The notes under the pieces were generated by a model. It made no database searches and was not told the DNA's origin. It saw only the letters and a program-made list of their open reading frames with translations. DNA of 64,000 nucleotides, from positions 93,251-157,250 of the forward strand of contig CAVPXY010000006.1 in NCBI GenBank assembly GCA_963709885.1. The letters are read 5' to 3'. The translations under genes were made by a program, and so were the position numbers. This document shows positions 48,323 through 57,957 of this stretch, in pieces (positions within the stretch are counted from its first letter, which is position 1; every line of letters begins with the position of its first letter). The stretch is from an uncultured Solirubrobacteraceae bacterium. GTDB lineage: Bacteria > Actinomycetota > Thermoleophilia > Solirubrobacterales > Solirubrobacteraceae.

Positions 48323-49818
48323 CCGCTCCCGTCGGCCGGGCCCTGCGACAGCGGGCCGTTGAAGTTGGGCAGCGTCTGGGTGTAGCAGGGCACGAGCGGC
48401 TTATACGGCGGCTCCTGGGAGGGGTAGGCCGGACGCGTGCCAAGCGGTGGCAGCGACGCGTGGGCGAGCAGCCGCAGGCCTTTGATGTTCGTGTTGAGGA
48501 TCGACACGGGCGCCGAGCGCAGCGTCTGGCCGCTGCTCGCGAGCAGGAACTGCGCCATCGTGCCGTTGCCGTCGAAGCTCTGACCGATGGAGTTCAGGCC
48601 CACCAGCGAGTACCAGAACTCCTTGTAGTCTTCCACGCCCGAGGTGCTCGTCCCGTCCTGGAGCTTGGTGTTGCCCGCCGGGAAGATCAGGTTCGTCTGG
48701 CACTTGTTGAACAGTTCCGTTTCGTGGTACAGCGGGGTCTGTTCGCTGTTCAGGCGCGCGATCCATGGAGCCGCTTCGACGAGGCCCTGGGCCACCCCCC
48801 CGAGCTCGGTCGGTGCGAGCGAGGCCTCGACCTGTTCGATCCAGGGCAGCTGCGCCGCGATGGCCGCCGGCGTCGCTTTGACCCCTGGGAGGATGTCCAG
48901 CGCGAAGGCACGCGCCGGCGGGAGGGCGGCGCTGAGCGAGGCCAATCCGCGATCGATGGCCGCCAACGAGCTCGGCAGCTCGGCGACGGTCGTGCGCAGT
49001 GGCGCGGACTGGGCCGCGAACGCGCGGAAGAATGCGTTGGTGTTGACGACCAGTTCGCCGAGCTGCTGCTCGTGGACGTTCAGCGCCGCCGTGACCTTGC
49101 CGATGGACGCCACCAGTTTTGAGAGGTCGTGCGGATCGGTGCCGGTGATCGCCTGGTTGATCACCGCGGCGCCGCGAAGCGAGGCCGGGCCTTCCTGATA
49201 GGCCCTGTTGAGCGCCTGCGCCCCGTTCAGGCCGCTCAATTCGGGGTCTTGTTCGGCGTTGTCGGCGGCGTTTGGCTTGCGCGTGAACCCGTCGCCGAGG
49301 CCGATCAGGAAGTTCTGGAGGTTGGCGCGTGTGTCGGTGTTCAGGGCGTTGAGCACCTGGTCGAGCTGGACAGGGTCGGAGGTCTGCGTGATCGGCAGCG
49401 TCGCGCCCGAAGAGAGCGTCCTGGCCGACGGGCTGCCCGGCTGTAGTTCGACGAACCAGTTGCCTTCCAGGAAGGTGCGCGGACGGATCTTCACCGTCGC
49501 GTCGGAATGGATCGGCAGGCCATTCGATTCGATTTCCATCGTGACGAGCCCGGCGTTGCCCTCGCGTTCCACCCCGCTGACCTTGCCGACATCGACCCCC
49601 GCGACGCGCACCGGTGATGACGAGCGGACGTTCACGGCCGTGGAGAAGACCGCCTTCAGGCGGAAGCCATGTTTGAACGGGATGTGCTTGGTGAAGCCGA
49701 AGAACACGAGGATCATCATGAGCACGACAAACACGATCCCCACGCGCACCGGGTTGGATCGCCCCAGCTCGACGACCGGCGTCTGATCGTAGCGGCGCCA
49801 GAAGCGTGGACTCCTCAT
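48319..49818 (-). CDS. Mce/MlaD family protein 4
   Basis: TM, SPVRVAGVDVGKV and RTFLEGNWFVELQPG. Confidence 0.92.
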   Translation of the reverse strand: MRSPRFWRRYDQTPVVELGRSNPVRVGIVFVVLMMILVFFGFTKHIPFKHGFRLKAVFSTAVNVRSSSPVRVAGVDVGKVSGVEREGNAGLVTMEIESNGLPIHSDATVKIRPRTFLEGNWFVELQPGSPSARTLSSGATLPITQTSDPVQLDQVLNALNTDTRANLQNFLIGLGDGFTRKPNAADNAEQDPELSGLNGAQALNRAYQEGPASLRGAAVINQAITGTDPHDLSKLVASIGKVTAALNVHEQQLGELVVNTNAFFRAFAAQSAPLRTTVAELPSSLAAIDRGLASLSAALPPARAFALDILPGVKATPAAIAAQLPWIEQVEASLAPTELGGVAQGLVEAAPWIARLNSEQTPLYHETELFNKCQTNLIFPAGNTKLQDGTSTSGVEDYKEFWYSLVGLNSIGQSFDGNGTMAQFLLASSGQTLRSAPVSILNTNIKGLRLLAHASLPPLGTRPAYPSQEPPYKPLVPCYTQTLPNFNGPLSQGPADGSG

Positions 49819-51341
49819 CTTCCCTTCCCGTTCGCGGTCGTCGGCTTCAAGCCGAGATCTGTGAGCGTTGAGCTCGGATACTTTTCACCGAACAGGTTTT
49901 CTTCGCGGCTCGTCACTTCGTGGTTGGTCCCGGTGGTGCCGGGCGCGTTGCCGATCACTGCTTTGCCCGCGATGAAGTTCTCGTTACCAGCTTCGCAATT
50001 TCCCTTCGGCTGACCGGGGCCGGTGACGTTCGGATAGGGATTCACGTGAACGAAGTTGTTGTTGATCACCACTGTGCTGTTGAAGCCGTGTTCGGTCGAC
50101 GGTCCGCTGGCGGGCGCCGAGGAGGGGAAGCCCTCGTTGTTGGGCCCGGTCGGTGCGAGCACGATCCCCGCACGGCTGAGCGTCCCGAGGCCGATGTTCT
50201 CAGCCGTCAGGCTCGCCAGGTTGCGGAACGCGAGCGTGACGTAGTTGCAGGTCGCCTGCACGGGCGCGAGCCCAGCGAGGACCGGGTTGCCGAGCTGCAG
50301 CGTCTGGGTGAAGTCTTCCAGGGCGAGGGGAACGATGGGGTTTTCGCCGAAGGTCTGCAGCGCCTGTGCCGAGGAGGCCAGCTCCTTGTTCAGCGCGGTG
50401 GCGGCGCGCAGGTTCACGGCGCCCACGGTGACGGCGTGCGCGAGCGGCGGGGCGACGGAGACCAGTAGGCTCGCGCTGGGCCGCAGCAGCCGCATGAACT
50501 CCGTCTGCTTTTCGGTGAAGGACGCCTCGAAGGGGAGCGAGTAGATGGCCTGTTCGAGCGAGGGCGGTCCACCCTCGGTCGCCAGTTCGAGCGAGCGGGC
50601 GACCGAGGCCCAGGCCGCGAAGAACGTGTCGAGGTGGACGTAGAGGGCGGCGTTGGTGTCGGCCACCGAGGCGGTTTGGGAAGCCACCCGGTCGAGTGCG
50701 ATGAACAGCTCGCGCAGGCCCGTTGCGGGAGCGGCCAGGTTGCGAAATACGGGAATGGCGTTCGTGAGGAGCGGACGCAGAGTCGCGATCGAGTTGTTCA
50801 GCCCGAGGCCGCGTCCGGCGAGGCCGTTGCCGACGTTGTTCAGGTTCACCTGGTTGGCCGTCCTCGTCCTTCGGTCGAACATGTTGAATAGTTCTTCGAT
50901 GTTGACCGGTTCGCGCACCTGCGTGGCAGGGATCGTCGCGCCCGCCTTCAGCGTCCGATGAGATGTGCCCTTTTCGAGCTGCAGGTACTTGAGCCCGATC
51001 GAAGAGAGCGATTGCACGACCACGGTGGTGTCGGCGGGCAGAGGTTCCACTCCTTTTTCGAGCTTGAGGTCTGCGATCGCGGTGACGCGTCCCGTGGCGG
51101 GGTCCTGATGGACCGATAGCGACCTGACGATCCCAACCCGCGATCCACCGATGCGCACCGCGTTTGAGGCCTCCAACCCCGAGGTCTGGGGCAGGGCCAC
51201 TTTGATGTTGTACGTCGGGACGAACGGCAGCCCGTTGTTCGCGTTGTAGGACAGGTACACGGCCACGACCACGATCAGCGTCGTGATCGCCCCGATCAAC
51301 AGAGGGCTGCCTGCCAGGGAACCACCACGGCGCCGGTTCAT
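49815..51341 (-). CDS. Mce/MlaD family protein 3
   Basis: Start MNRRRGG at 51341 (TGATG overlap), TM, VRIGGSRVGIV and SSIGLKYLQL. Confidence 0.92.
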   Translation of the reverse strand: MNRRRGGSLAGSPLLIGAITTLIVVVAVYLSYNANNGLPFVPTYNIKVALPQTSGLEASNAVRIGGSRVGIVRSLSVHQDPATGRVTAIADLKLEKGVEPLPADTTVVVQSLSSIGLKYLQLEKGTSHRTLKAGATIPATQVREPVNIEELFNMFDRRTRTANQVNLNNVGNGLAGRGLGLNNSIATLRPLLTNAIPVFRNLAAPATGLRELFIALDRVASQTASVADTNAALYVHLDTFFAAWASVARSLELATEGGPPSLEQAIYSLPFEASFTEKQTEFMRLLRPSASLLVSVAPPLAHAVTVGAVNLRAATALNKELASSAQALQTFGENPIVPLALEDFTQTLQLGNPVLAGLAPVQATCNYVTLAFRNLASLTAENIGLGTLSRAGIVLAPTGPNNEGFPSSAPASGPSTEHGFNSTVVINNNFVHVNPYPNVTGPGQPKGNCEAGNENFIAGKAVIGNAPGTTGTNHEVTSREENLFGEKYPSSTLTDLGLKPTTANGKGR

Positions 51342-52753
51342 CAGGGCAGCTCCGAGGGGTCGCAGCTCAACTGTCCCCCGGCCGTGAAGGGCGAGGACCC
51401 GTCGGCCGCGGGCTGGGTGGCCGCGCCCGGGCAGCGGCGCAGCTGACCGTGCAGCAGGTTCGCCAGGCCCTGCTGCGCGTTCGCCGCGGGGGTGAGGTTG
51501 TTGTTCGCGCCGAGCGTGAAGTCGGGGAAGACGGGGTTGATGCGCGCGTAATGACCATTGGCGTCGTAGTAGGCGGTCGCCTGGCCAAACGTGCGCAGGG
51601 TACCCTGCAGGTCGGGGCTGTAGGGACCGAAGACGGCGGTTATCGGCACCGATTCGCGCAACGCGGTGACCGTGGCCGGCGAGGACGTCGACAGCTGCTT
51701 GGCGAGCGCCGGCAGCGCGTTGGCCCAATCGGTGAGGTCGTTGTTCGGTCCGGGCCGGCTGAACGCGAGGCTGAGGTTGTGCACGACGGGCGTGGCCGTG
51801 ACGAGCAGCGAGCGCAGGCGGGGGAAGAACGTCTCGAGCGGCTTGACCGTTGGTTTGGACGCGTTGACCAGCTGCGTGAGCGCGGCGAACGTCGAGGGGA
51901 CTTCGGCGAACGTGCGGCTGCCCTGGCGAAGCGTGACGGGCAGCAGCCGCAGTCCCCGGGCGAGGGCCGACTGCTCTGAGCCGATCGCCTGGAAGGTGGT
52001 GTTCGCGTTTCCGATCAGGTCGGTGAGCTGTTCCGAGCGCGCGCCGATCGTGGTGAGCGCCTTGGCGGTTTCCACGACGAAGCTCGTGAAGACCGGCTGT
52101 TCACGCACGAGCTCTGCCAGGAAGTGGTCGGTCGCGGCCAGCGCGGCGGGGGTGTATTCAGCGGAGACCCCATAGGCGCGGCTGGCCCCCGCGAACTGTT
52201 CGGCGAACCCCTGGATCACGCGCTGCAGACCCGTGCGCGTCTTCGGGTTCAGCGTGTTGAACAGCTGGTCGAGGTCGGTTACTTCCTTCGTCGCGGACAC
52301 TGGCAGCGTCGCGCCCGGCGCCAGTGCAGGGGCGCTGTTGGGGCCGGGCGTCAACGCGATGTAGCGGTTGGCGACCGTCGACAGCGACGGCACCCTGACC
52401 TGGGCGACCGTGCCTTCGTGCAGCGGGGTCAACGAAGAGTTGACATGAATCGTGATCCTCGCTTTGAAGTCGTGGGTCAACACGATTTTCGTGACGGCTC
52501 CCACCGGAACGCCGCCCACCTGGACCTGGTCGCCCCTCACGAGCTGGCCGGCGTCGGCGAAGATCAGCTGGTAGTTGGCGCCGCTCCCGCCCGCGAACAC
52601 GAGGTAGGCGACGATGAGCACCACGGCGCCGAGCGCGCTCACGGCGAGGACCCGTCCCAAGCGGGGTCCTCGTGTGCGGCCCGCCGGCACCGAGGGACCG
52701 ACGCGCGACGGAGGCGTCGAGGGCGGCGGAGCGGGTGGGCTAGCCGTTGCCAT
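51341..52753 (-). CDS. Mce/MlaD family protein 2
   Basis: TM, GDQVQVGGVPVGAV and NRYIALTPG. Confidence 0.92.
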   Translation of the reverse strand: MATASPPAPPPSTPPSRVGPSVPAGRTRGPRLGRVLAVSALGAVVLIVAYLVFAGGSGANYQLIFADAGQLVRGDQVQVGGVPVGAVTKIVLTHDFKARITIHVNSSLTPLHEGTVAQVRVPSLSTVANRYIALTPGPNSAPALAPGATLPVSATKEVTDLDQLFNTLNPKTRTGLQRVIQGFAEQFAGASRAYGVSAEYTPAALAATDHFLAELVREQPVFTSFVVETAKALTTIGARSEQLTDLIGNANTTFQAIGSEQSALARGLRLLPVTLRQGSRTFAEVPSTFAALTQLVNASKPTVKPLETFFPRLRSLLVTATPVVHNLSLAFSRPGPNNDLTDWANALPALAKQLSTSSPATVTALRESVPITAVFGPYSPDLQGTLRTFGQATAYYDANGHYARINPVFPDFTLGANNNLTPAANAQQGLANLLHGQLRRCPGAATQPAADGSSPFTAGGQLSCDPSELP

Positions 52754-55175
52754 TCGCTTCCCTGCCGCTCTTGCCCTGAGCGCCGGGCTTGTCGGGGATC
52801 GCGGCCGGCGAGGGTCCGCTGGCCACGGTCGGGTCGGGAATCTCGCCCAGGCGCGCGATCAGCCTGGTCCACTCGTTGGCGGTCAGCGCCGAGTCGAATG
52901 CCCCGGCGGTATGCGCCGCGCCCCCGTTCAGCGGACGGAAGCTCACGTGGATGTCGCGGGCACTCGGCGTGGCGAACGCATTCGCGACGCCCGGGTAGCT
53001 CATCACGCTGACGATCCGTTGCGGCTTTGCGAGGCCCTGCAGCGTCAGCAGCTTGCGAACCACGATGTCCACGATCGAGCCGGGGCCGTGACGGCCGGCG
53101 ATGGGGATGCCGTTGACCGCGATGATGTCCACCGCGTCCTCACCTGAGCTGGCGTCCACGTTGCTCACCACCGCCGGCGCCGGGTTTCCGCTGCACGGCA
53201 GCCCGGACACGGTCGGCTTCAGCCCGGACACCGACAGGAACTCGAGCGCCCCCAGCACACGCTTGCCGACCCTTCCGGCCTGGATGTCCTGCCGTGCGCA
53301 TCGGGCGAGACGGACACCGGGGTCGTGCAGCACCAAGGGCTCAAGCTGGCGCTTGGACTCGAGCAGCACCTGCCCGACCGTCGGCGAGGTGGCCAGGAAG
53401 GGGTTCTCGCCCTTGGCCCTGAAGATCGACGTGTTCTCGAGCGCCACCCAGCCGTCGAGGATCGGCTTCGGATCGATCAGCGGCGCATTCACCCCGGCCG
53501 GGCGGATCTGGAAGAGCATGTGCGGCCCGCCCGCCTGGGCGCTCTCCCCGCCACCGATGCGACCAAGCACGGTTCCCGCGAGCACCTGTACGCCGGCGCG
53601 CAGGGTGTGCAGGTAGACGTCGTTCGGCCCTTCCCGGAAGACTCGCACCCTCGCCGGCCGCTTCCGCAGCGGGGCCGGCGACGCGGATGGGGCAGGCCGC
53701 GGCGAGGAGAAGGCGGGAGCCGATTCCAGAGAAGCCGCCGCTCCCAACGCAAGCCCCGACACGGTGGCCGCCTCGGACATCGGCGAGCGCGGCTGCGCGC
53801 CTGCCGTCGCCGGACCGCTCGGAGCCGGTTCGACCGCGCGGCCGGGCTGCGCGATCCGGGCGCTGACCGCCGTGTGCGTGTGGGGAACGAGCACCGGATA
53901 CAGGGCCGCCACCTCCCCGAGCTGCGCGTAGACGTAGGTGTTGCCGTAGGCGTCGCGGAGCGATAGGAACCGCCCGAGCGAGGGCGAGTCGCCGACCTGC
54001 ACGATTTCGCCGTCCTGCACGGCGATCACCGGCGCGCCCGCCCGCGAGTAGATCGTCGTGCCGACGAGCGTCTTCGGGGGGCGCTGGCCGATCTCTGATC
54101 TGTGTTCGCTCGTCGGCGCCGTGGGAAAGCCGTCGCTGAAATGCGATGCGGCGTGAACGGGGAAGCGCGCTTCGGTGAGCCCGGTGACCGCGCCGAGCAG
54201 CCCGGTCGGCGTACCCCCAAGCAGCTGGGCGCGGAGCATCACCGAGTCCACGTACGCCTGCGAGTGGTTGTAGGAGTAGACGGCCGCCTCGATGTTCGTG
54301 GCGCCGCCGGCCGCCCGCAGGTACCTGGCGGCGGCGAAGATCGCGTCGGCGGGGTTGTAAGGGTCCTTGAAGCCGTCGCCGTTGGCATCCACTGCGTACT
54401 GGGCCCACTCGGAGGGCAGGAACTGCATCCATCCCTCCGCCCCGGCGCTCGAGACACTGAGGTCCCGCCCGTAGTCCGTCTCCACCTCGTTGATGGCCGC
54501 GAGCACCTGCCAGGGGATCCCGTATGCAGTGCCGGCCGCCTGATAGATCGGCAGCAGGAACGGCGGGATGCGGAAGCTCTCGATGAAGAAGCTCGGCACG
54601 CCGGCGATCGAGGATTCAAGCGCGAGCGGCAAGGACGGCGTGAGCGTCGAGGGTGAGGGCGCGCTCTTAGGTGCTCGGGCAGGCGCCGAGGGGCCGACCC
54701 CCGTCGCTTCGGCCTGCCCGCTCGCCGGCAAGCCGGTCGGTTTCACGCGACCGCGAGAAGCCCGGGGCGGCGCACCGGCTGTGCTCCCCTGCGAATGCTG
54801 GCCCTGCACCTGCGGTGTGCTCGCGCCTTCCCCGACGCCCGAGCCCGCGGGCGCGGGCACCGTAGGAGATTCCCCCGTCGAGCCGGGGGGTGTAGGAGAT
54901 TCCCCCGTAGAGCCGGGGGGTGTAGGAGATTCCCCCGTCGAGCCGGGGGGCGCCGTCGTAGGGGTTTCCGCGGGGGTGGCGGTGGTCGTCGCGGGCGGCG
55001 AGCTCACCGTCGTGATGACGCCAGGTTCGGCCGCGAGGCTGGTCGCGGGCGCGGCCAGCGCGAGCGCGGTCACACCGACGAGCAGCCGACCGAGGAGCGG
55101 CCGACCGACGAGCAGCCGACCGAGGAGCGGCCGACCGACGAGCGGTGGACCGAGGAGCGGTGGTCGTTGGGTCAT
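52740..55175 (-). CDS. Secreted lytic transglycosylase fused to a degenerate M23/LytM-like domain
   Basis: Signal peptide and Pro/Thr linker; SLT motifs AAINEVETDYG, GWMQF, AARYL and YNH; then APVIAVQDG, YVYAQL and GPHMLFQIR. Confidence 0.88.
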   Translation of the reverse strand: MTQRPPLLGPPLVGRPLLGRLLVGRPLLGRLLVGVTALALAAPATSLAAEPGVITTVSSPPATTTATPAETPTTAPPGSTGESPTPPGSTGESPTPPGSTGESPTVPAPAGSGVGEGASTPQVQGQHSQGSTAGAPPRASRGRVKPTGLPASGQAEATGVGPSAPARAPKSAPSPSTLTPSLPLALESSIAGVPSFFIESFRIPPFLLPIYQAAGTAYGIPWQVLAAINEVETDYGRDLSVSSAGAEGWMQFLPSEWAQYAVDANGDGFKDPYNPADAIFAAARYLRAAGGATNIEAAVYSYNHSQAYVDSVMLRAQLLGGTPTGLLGAVTGLTEARFPVHAASHFSDGFPTAPTSEHRSEIGQRPPKTLVGTTIYSRAGAPVIAVQDGEIVQVGDSPSLGRFLSLRDAYGNTYVYAQLGEVAALYPVLVPHTHTAVSARIAQPGRAVEPAPSGPATAGAQPRSPMSEAATVSGLALGAAASLESAPAFSSPRPAPSASPAPLRKRPARVRVFREGPNDVYLHTLRAGVQVLAGTVLGRIGGGESAQAGGPHMLFQIRPAGVNAPLIDPKPILDGWVALENTSIFRAKGENPFLATSPTVGQVLLESKRQLEPLVLHDPGVRLARCARQDIQAGRVGKRVLGALEFLSVSGLKPTVSGLPCSGNPAPAVVSNVDASSGEDAVDIIAVNGIPIAGRHGPGSIVDIVVRKLLTLQGLAKPQRIVSVMSYPGVANAFATPSARDIHVSFRPLNGGAAHTAGAFDSALTANEWTRLIARLGEIPDPTVASGPSPAAIPDKPGAQGKSGREANGNG
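54862..54950. repeat. 30-bp coding tandem repeat x3 (PPGSTGESPT)
   Basis: GTAGGAGATTCCCCCGT(C/A)GAGCCGGGGGG repeated three times. Confidence 0.9.
55075..55160. repeat. 15/30-bp coding tandem repeat in the signal-peptide region (RPLLG/RLLVG)
   Basis: CCGACGAGCAGCCGACCGAGGAGCGG repeated about three times. Confidence 0.85.
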
Positions 55176-55183
55176 GGCATCGC

Positions 55184-56749
55184 TCAGTTGCCGAGAAGGT
55201 AGTTGAGCAGCATCCCGCCCGCTTCGGAGCCTTCGGCCGAGGGCGTGTAGTAGGTGGTGCCCGCGCTGGCGCCACCGACCGGCTGGGCCGCCGGGCCGGT
55301 CGCATTCGCGGCGCCCGAGCCCGAGGCTTCACCCGCGGCCGTCACCGAGCCGGGGTATTTGGCCAGCGCCTGCGCCGGCGTGGCGCCTTTGAGTATCGCG
55401 AGCGTCCGCGCCATCACGAGGCTCGTCGTCGTGGGGCTCACGGCCACGCTCGCCTTGGTAGCGGCACCGCTCGCGCTCGAACCCGTCGTGGAGGTCAGCT
55501 TGGCATTGCACCCGGGGGCTGGAGTGAGCACGTATTTCAAGCAGATCGTGGCGAGCCCCTCGGTACGCAGGAAGTGACCGAGCGCGTCATAGCCGTTGGC
55601 GGACCCGGCGCCAAGGAAGATGAAGTCCATGATGCGCTCGAGGCCTCCGGTTGAGCGCAGGCTGGTGAGCAGGTCGGAGAAGTTGCCGGCGAACGGCTTG
55701 GCGGCAGCGCCGAGTGAGCTCAGTTGGCGGAGCAGCGGCTGCGTGGCCACGAGCGCCGGTCCGGACACTTGGGCGGTCTTGCCGAGGCTCTGAAAGTAGG
55801 CCAAGGAGCTGTTCGAGAAGGCCGGCAGGCGAGTGAAGGTCTGGTTGATAGCGGGGGCCGCGACGCCCAGGTCGGTGAACACCGGCGTCGTCTGGTCGGC
55901 GAAGGCCGCAAGCCGTTCCATCGCGGGACCGAGCTGACGCAGGAACGGAGGGAAGAGGATCAGGTTGCGTTCGAGCGCACCGAGGTGCCGGGCGCTCGCC
56001 TGGGCGACCGTGTTGCTCTGCACGAAGTAGTCGGCGAACTGCTTGCGCACGGCCGCCAGCGGCGCCAGCGCCCGGTCGGAGTCCACGGCCAGCTTGGCCA
56101 GCACGCGGTTCTCGCTGGCGAGGATCGCAAGGACCTTGTCCAGTTCCTGCAGCGCCGGGTTGGCGCGGCGGATGACGGCGTTCAGATCGCTCCCGCGCCC
56201 GGCCAGGCCGACGCCGAGTTCGTTGAGGATGATCGTCAGTCGCTGGCGCTCGGGCAGGCGCGTGATGTCGTTGACCAGGTCGGGGTCGACCGGGCTGTGG
56301 GTGTTCTGCACGGGCAGAAGCCGCTCCCCGGCGCCTTCCTGGCCGGCGGGGATCGTCGACAGCGGAGGCGGCGGCGGCGTGCCTTCCACGCGCGGCTGGG
56401 TGGGCAGGCAGTCGACGAACTTCTCACCGAGCAGCGCCTGGGGACGGATCGTGCAGCTGGCGTCGGCGAGAAAGTCCTGGAAGCCGGCCCTTTCGACGTG
56501 CAGCACGACCGCGGCCTTCCCCTGGGGCGTAGGGGCGACCGACGCGACCGTCCCCACCCTGACCCCGTCGACCTTGATGTTCTCACCGGGGGTGACGTTT
56601 GCGGCGTCGTCGAAGATCGCGCGCACCGTGTAGCCGCCCCCGCCGCCGGCCGAGGTGGCGAGCAGCGCAACCGCCACGAGCGCGGCCAGGCAGACGGCAC
56701 CGGCGGCGCCGGCCACGCCCCTCCTCCACCCGCCCGACTTCGTCCTCAA
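55184..56749 (-). CDS. Mce/MlaD family protein 1
   Basis: TM, GENIKVDGVRVGTV and QALLGEKFVD; TTG at 56749 with a GGAAGGA RBS is the inferred start. Confidence 0.92.
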   Translation of the reverse strand: MRTKSGGWRRGVAGAAGAVCLAALVAVALLATSAGGGGGYTVRAIFDDAANVTPGENIKVDGVRVGTVASVAPTPQGKAAVVLHVERAGFQDFLADASCTIRPQALLGEKFVDCLPTQPRVEGTPPPPPLSTIPAGQEGAGERLLPVQNTHSPVDPDLVNDITRLPERQRLTIILNELGVGLAGRGSDLNAVIRRANPALQELDKVLAILASENRVLAKLAVDSDRALAPLAAVRKQFADYFVQSNTVAQASARHLGALERNLILFPPFLRQLGPAMERLAAFADQTTPVFTDLGVAAPAINQTFTRLPAFSNSSLAYFQSLGKTAQVSGPALVATQPLLRQLSSLGAAAKPFAGNFSDLLTSLRSTGGLERIMDFIFLGAGSANGYDALGHFLRTEGLATICLKYVLTPAPGCNAKLTSTTGSSASGAATKASVAVSPTTTSLVMARTLAILKGATPAQALAKYPGSVTAAGEASGSGAANATGPAAQPVGGASAGTTYYTPSAEGSEAGGMLLNYLLGN

Positions 56750-56770
56750 CCCGGTCCTTCCCCTTACGAT

Positions 56771-56814
56771 CAACAACAAGGCGGGCGGCCCACCGGCTCG
56801 GTGGTGCCGCCCGT
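56771..56814 (-). terminator. Probable intrinsic terminator
   Basis: CGGGCGGC/GCCGCCCG stem with inner CCACCG/CGGTGG, followed on the minus strand by TTGTTGTTG; downstream of gene 56870..57643. Confidence 0.55.
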
Positions 56815-56869
56815 CCCTCTTAGCTGCCCCGAGTTTACGCCCCGAGGGAGATGAGAACGCCGCTGCCGC

Positions 56870-57643
56870 TTACTTCCTGGGGCAGGGCGCCTTGTAGGTG
56901 CTCGTCACCGTCTGCTGGGTGAGGCCGCCCAGGCCGGCGAATATCAGTTCCGACTTCACCGGAAAGCCGCCCTTCGGGCACTTCTTCGGCATCGTGGCGT
57001 AGTAGACCGTCTTCTTGCCCTGCTTGTAAGCGGCGCCCGCCGTGACGTTGATCGCTTCGGTGGAGGCGTCGGGGGCCCCGGGCACCGTTTCGACCAGCGG
57101 CACCGTCGTGAGCGTCTGCGGGGCGTTGGAGTTGATGACGTGGGCCGGGGATATGAATTCAAACGCCGCCGGTTCGCTTCCCTTCGTGAAGAACTGGAGG
57201 TTGCCGCCGGCCGCGAAGAAGCCCCACACTTGCACGTGCTCTGGGACCCTTGTCTGGCCGAAGGAGACGACTCCATCCGCCCCGCCCTGGGTGGTGACTT
57301 TCGACTTGCTCGGGCACGCCTTCGTTCCGAAGGCTGCCGTTCCGAGTTTTTCAAGCGCGGCCGTCGAGCAGGTCGCGAACCCCTGCGGGTGAAGCTTCGT
57401 GCCGGCGGGCAGGTAGGTGTTGACCCCGATCAGCGGCGGCGGGAAGCCACCGTATTCGGTCCCCTTGATCGTCCATTCGAACTGCCCGGCGGTGCCCGCG
57501 CCGAGGATGTTGCCGGTGTGCGGGAAGCCCGGAATGGGAACTGCCTTCTCTTTCAACGTGACCACGGGCGCCGCCGACGCGACGACCGGCAGGCCAAGAA
57601 CGGCGAGGCCGAGCACGGCCAGACAGGTGGATGCTCTGCGCAT
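56870..57643 (-). CDS. Secreted hypothetical protein, Cys-containing and probably beta-rich
   Basis: GAGGAG RBS, MRRASTCLAVLGL...ASA signal peptide, four Cys in the mature part. Confidence 0.8.
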   Translation of the reverse strand: MRRASTCLAVLGLAVLGLPVVASAAPVVTLKEKAVPIPGFPHTGNILGAGTAGQFEWTIKGTEYGGFPPPLIGVNTYLPAGTKLHPQGFATCSTAALEKLGTAAFGTKACPSKSKVTTQGGADGVVSFGQTRVPEHVQVWGFFAAGGNLQFFTKGSEPAAFEFISPAHVINSNAPQTLTTVPLVETVPGAPDASTEAINVTAGAAYKQGKKTVYYATMPKKCPKGGFPVKSELIFAGLGGLTQQTVTSTYKAPCPRK

Positions 57644-57957
57644 CAGAATTCTCTCCTCTGCTTGATGGACAGGTCCGCCTCGATCCGGGTAGCTCCGGAG
57701 CCATGCCGGTCCGGCGATATCGAGATCCCCGGCATTTTCACCGGGAAACAATGGCGACTTTGCGAGCGCCACCTTATACCGTTTGGACGGATCATTGCAA
57801 GTTGGTAACACGCGAGCGAGCCCCGAAGTTGCGCAGGATCGCGCCCCATCCGGCCAGCTGTGCATTTCGCTGTCTCGTCGCGTGTCAGCCCCCCGGGTCT
57901 GAGTCGCGAAACCGTCGGGTCGGCGTCGGCGCCGAGCTATCAGCCTCAATAAGAGGG

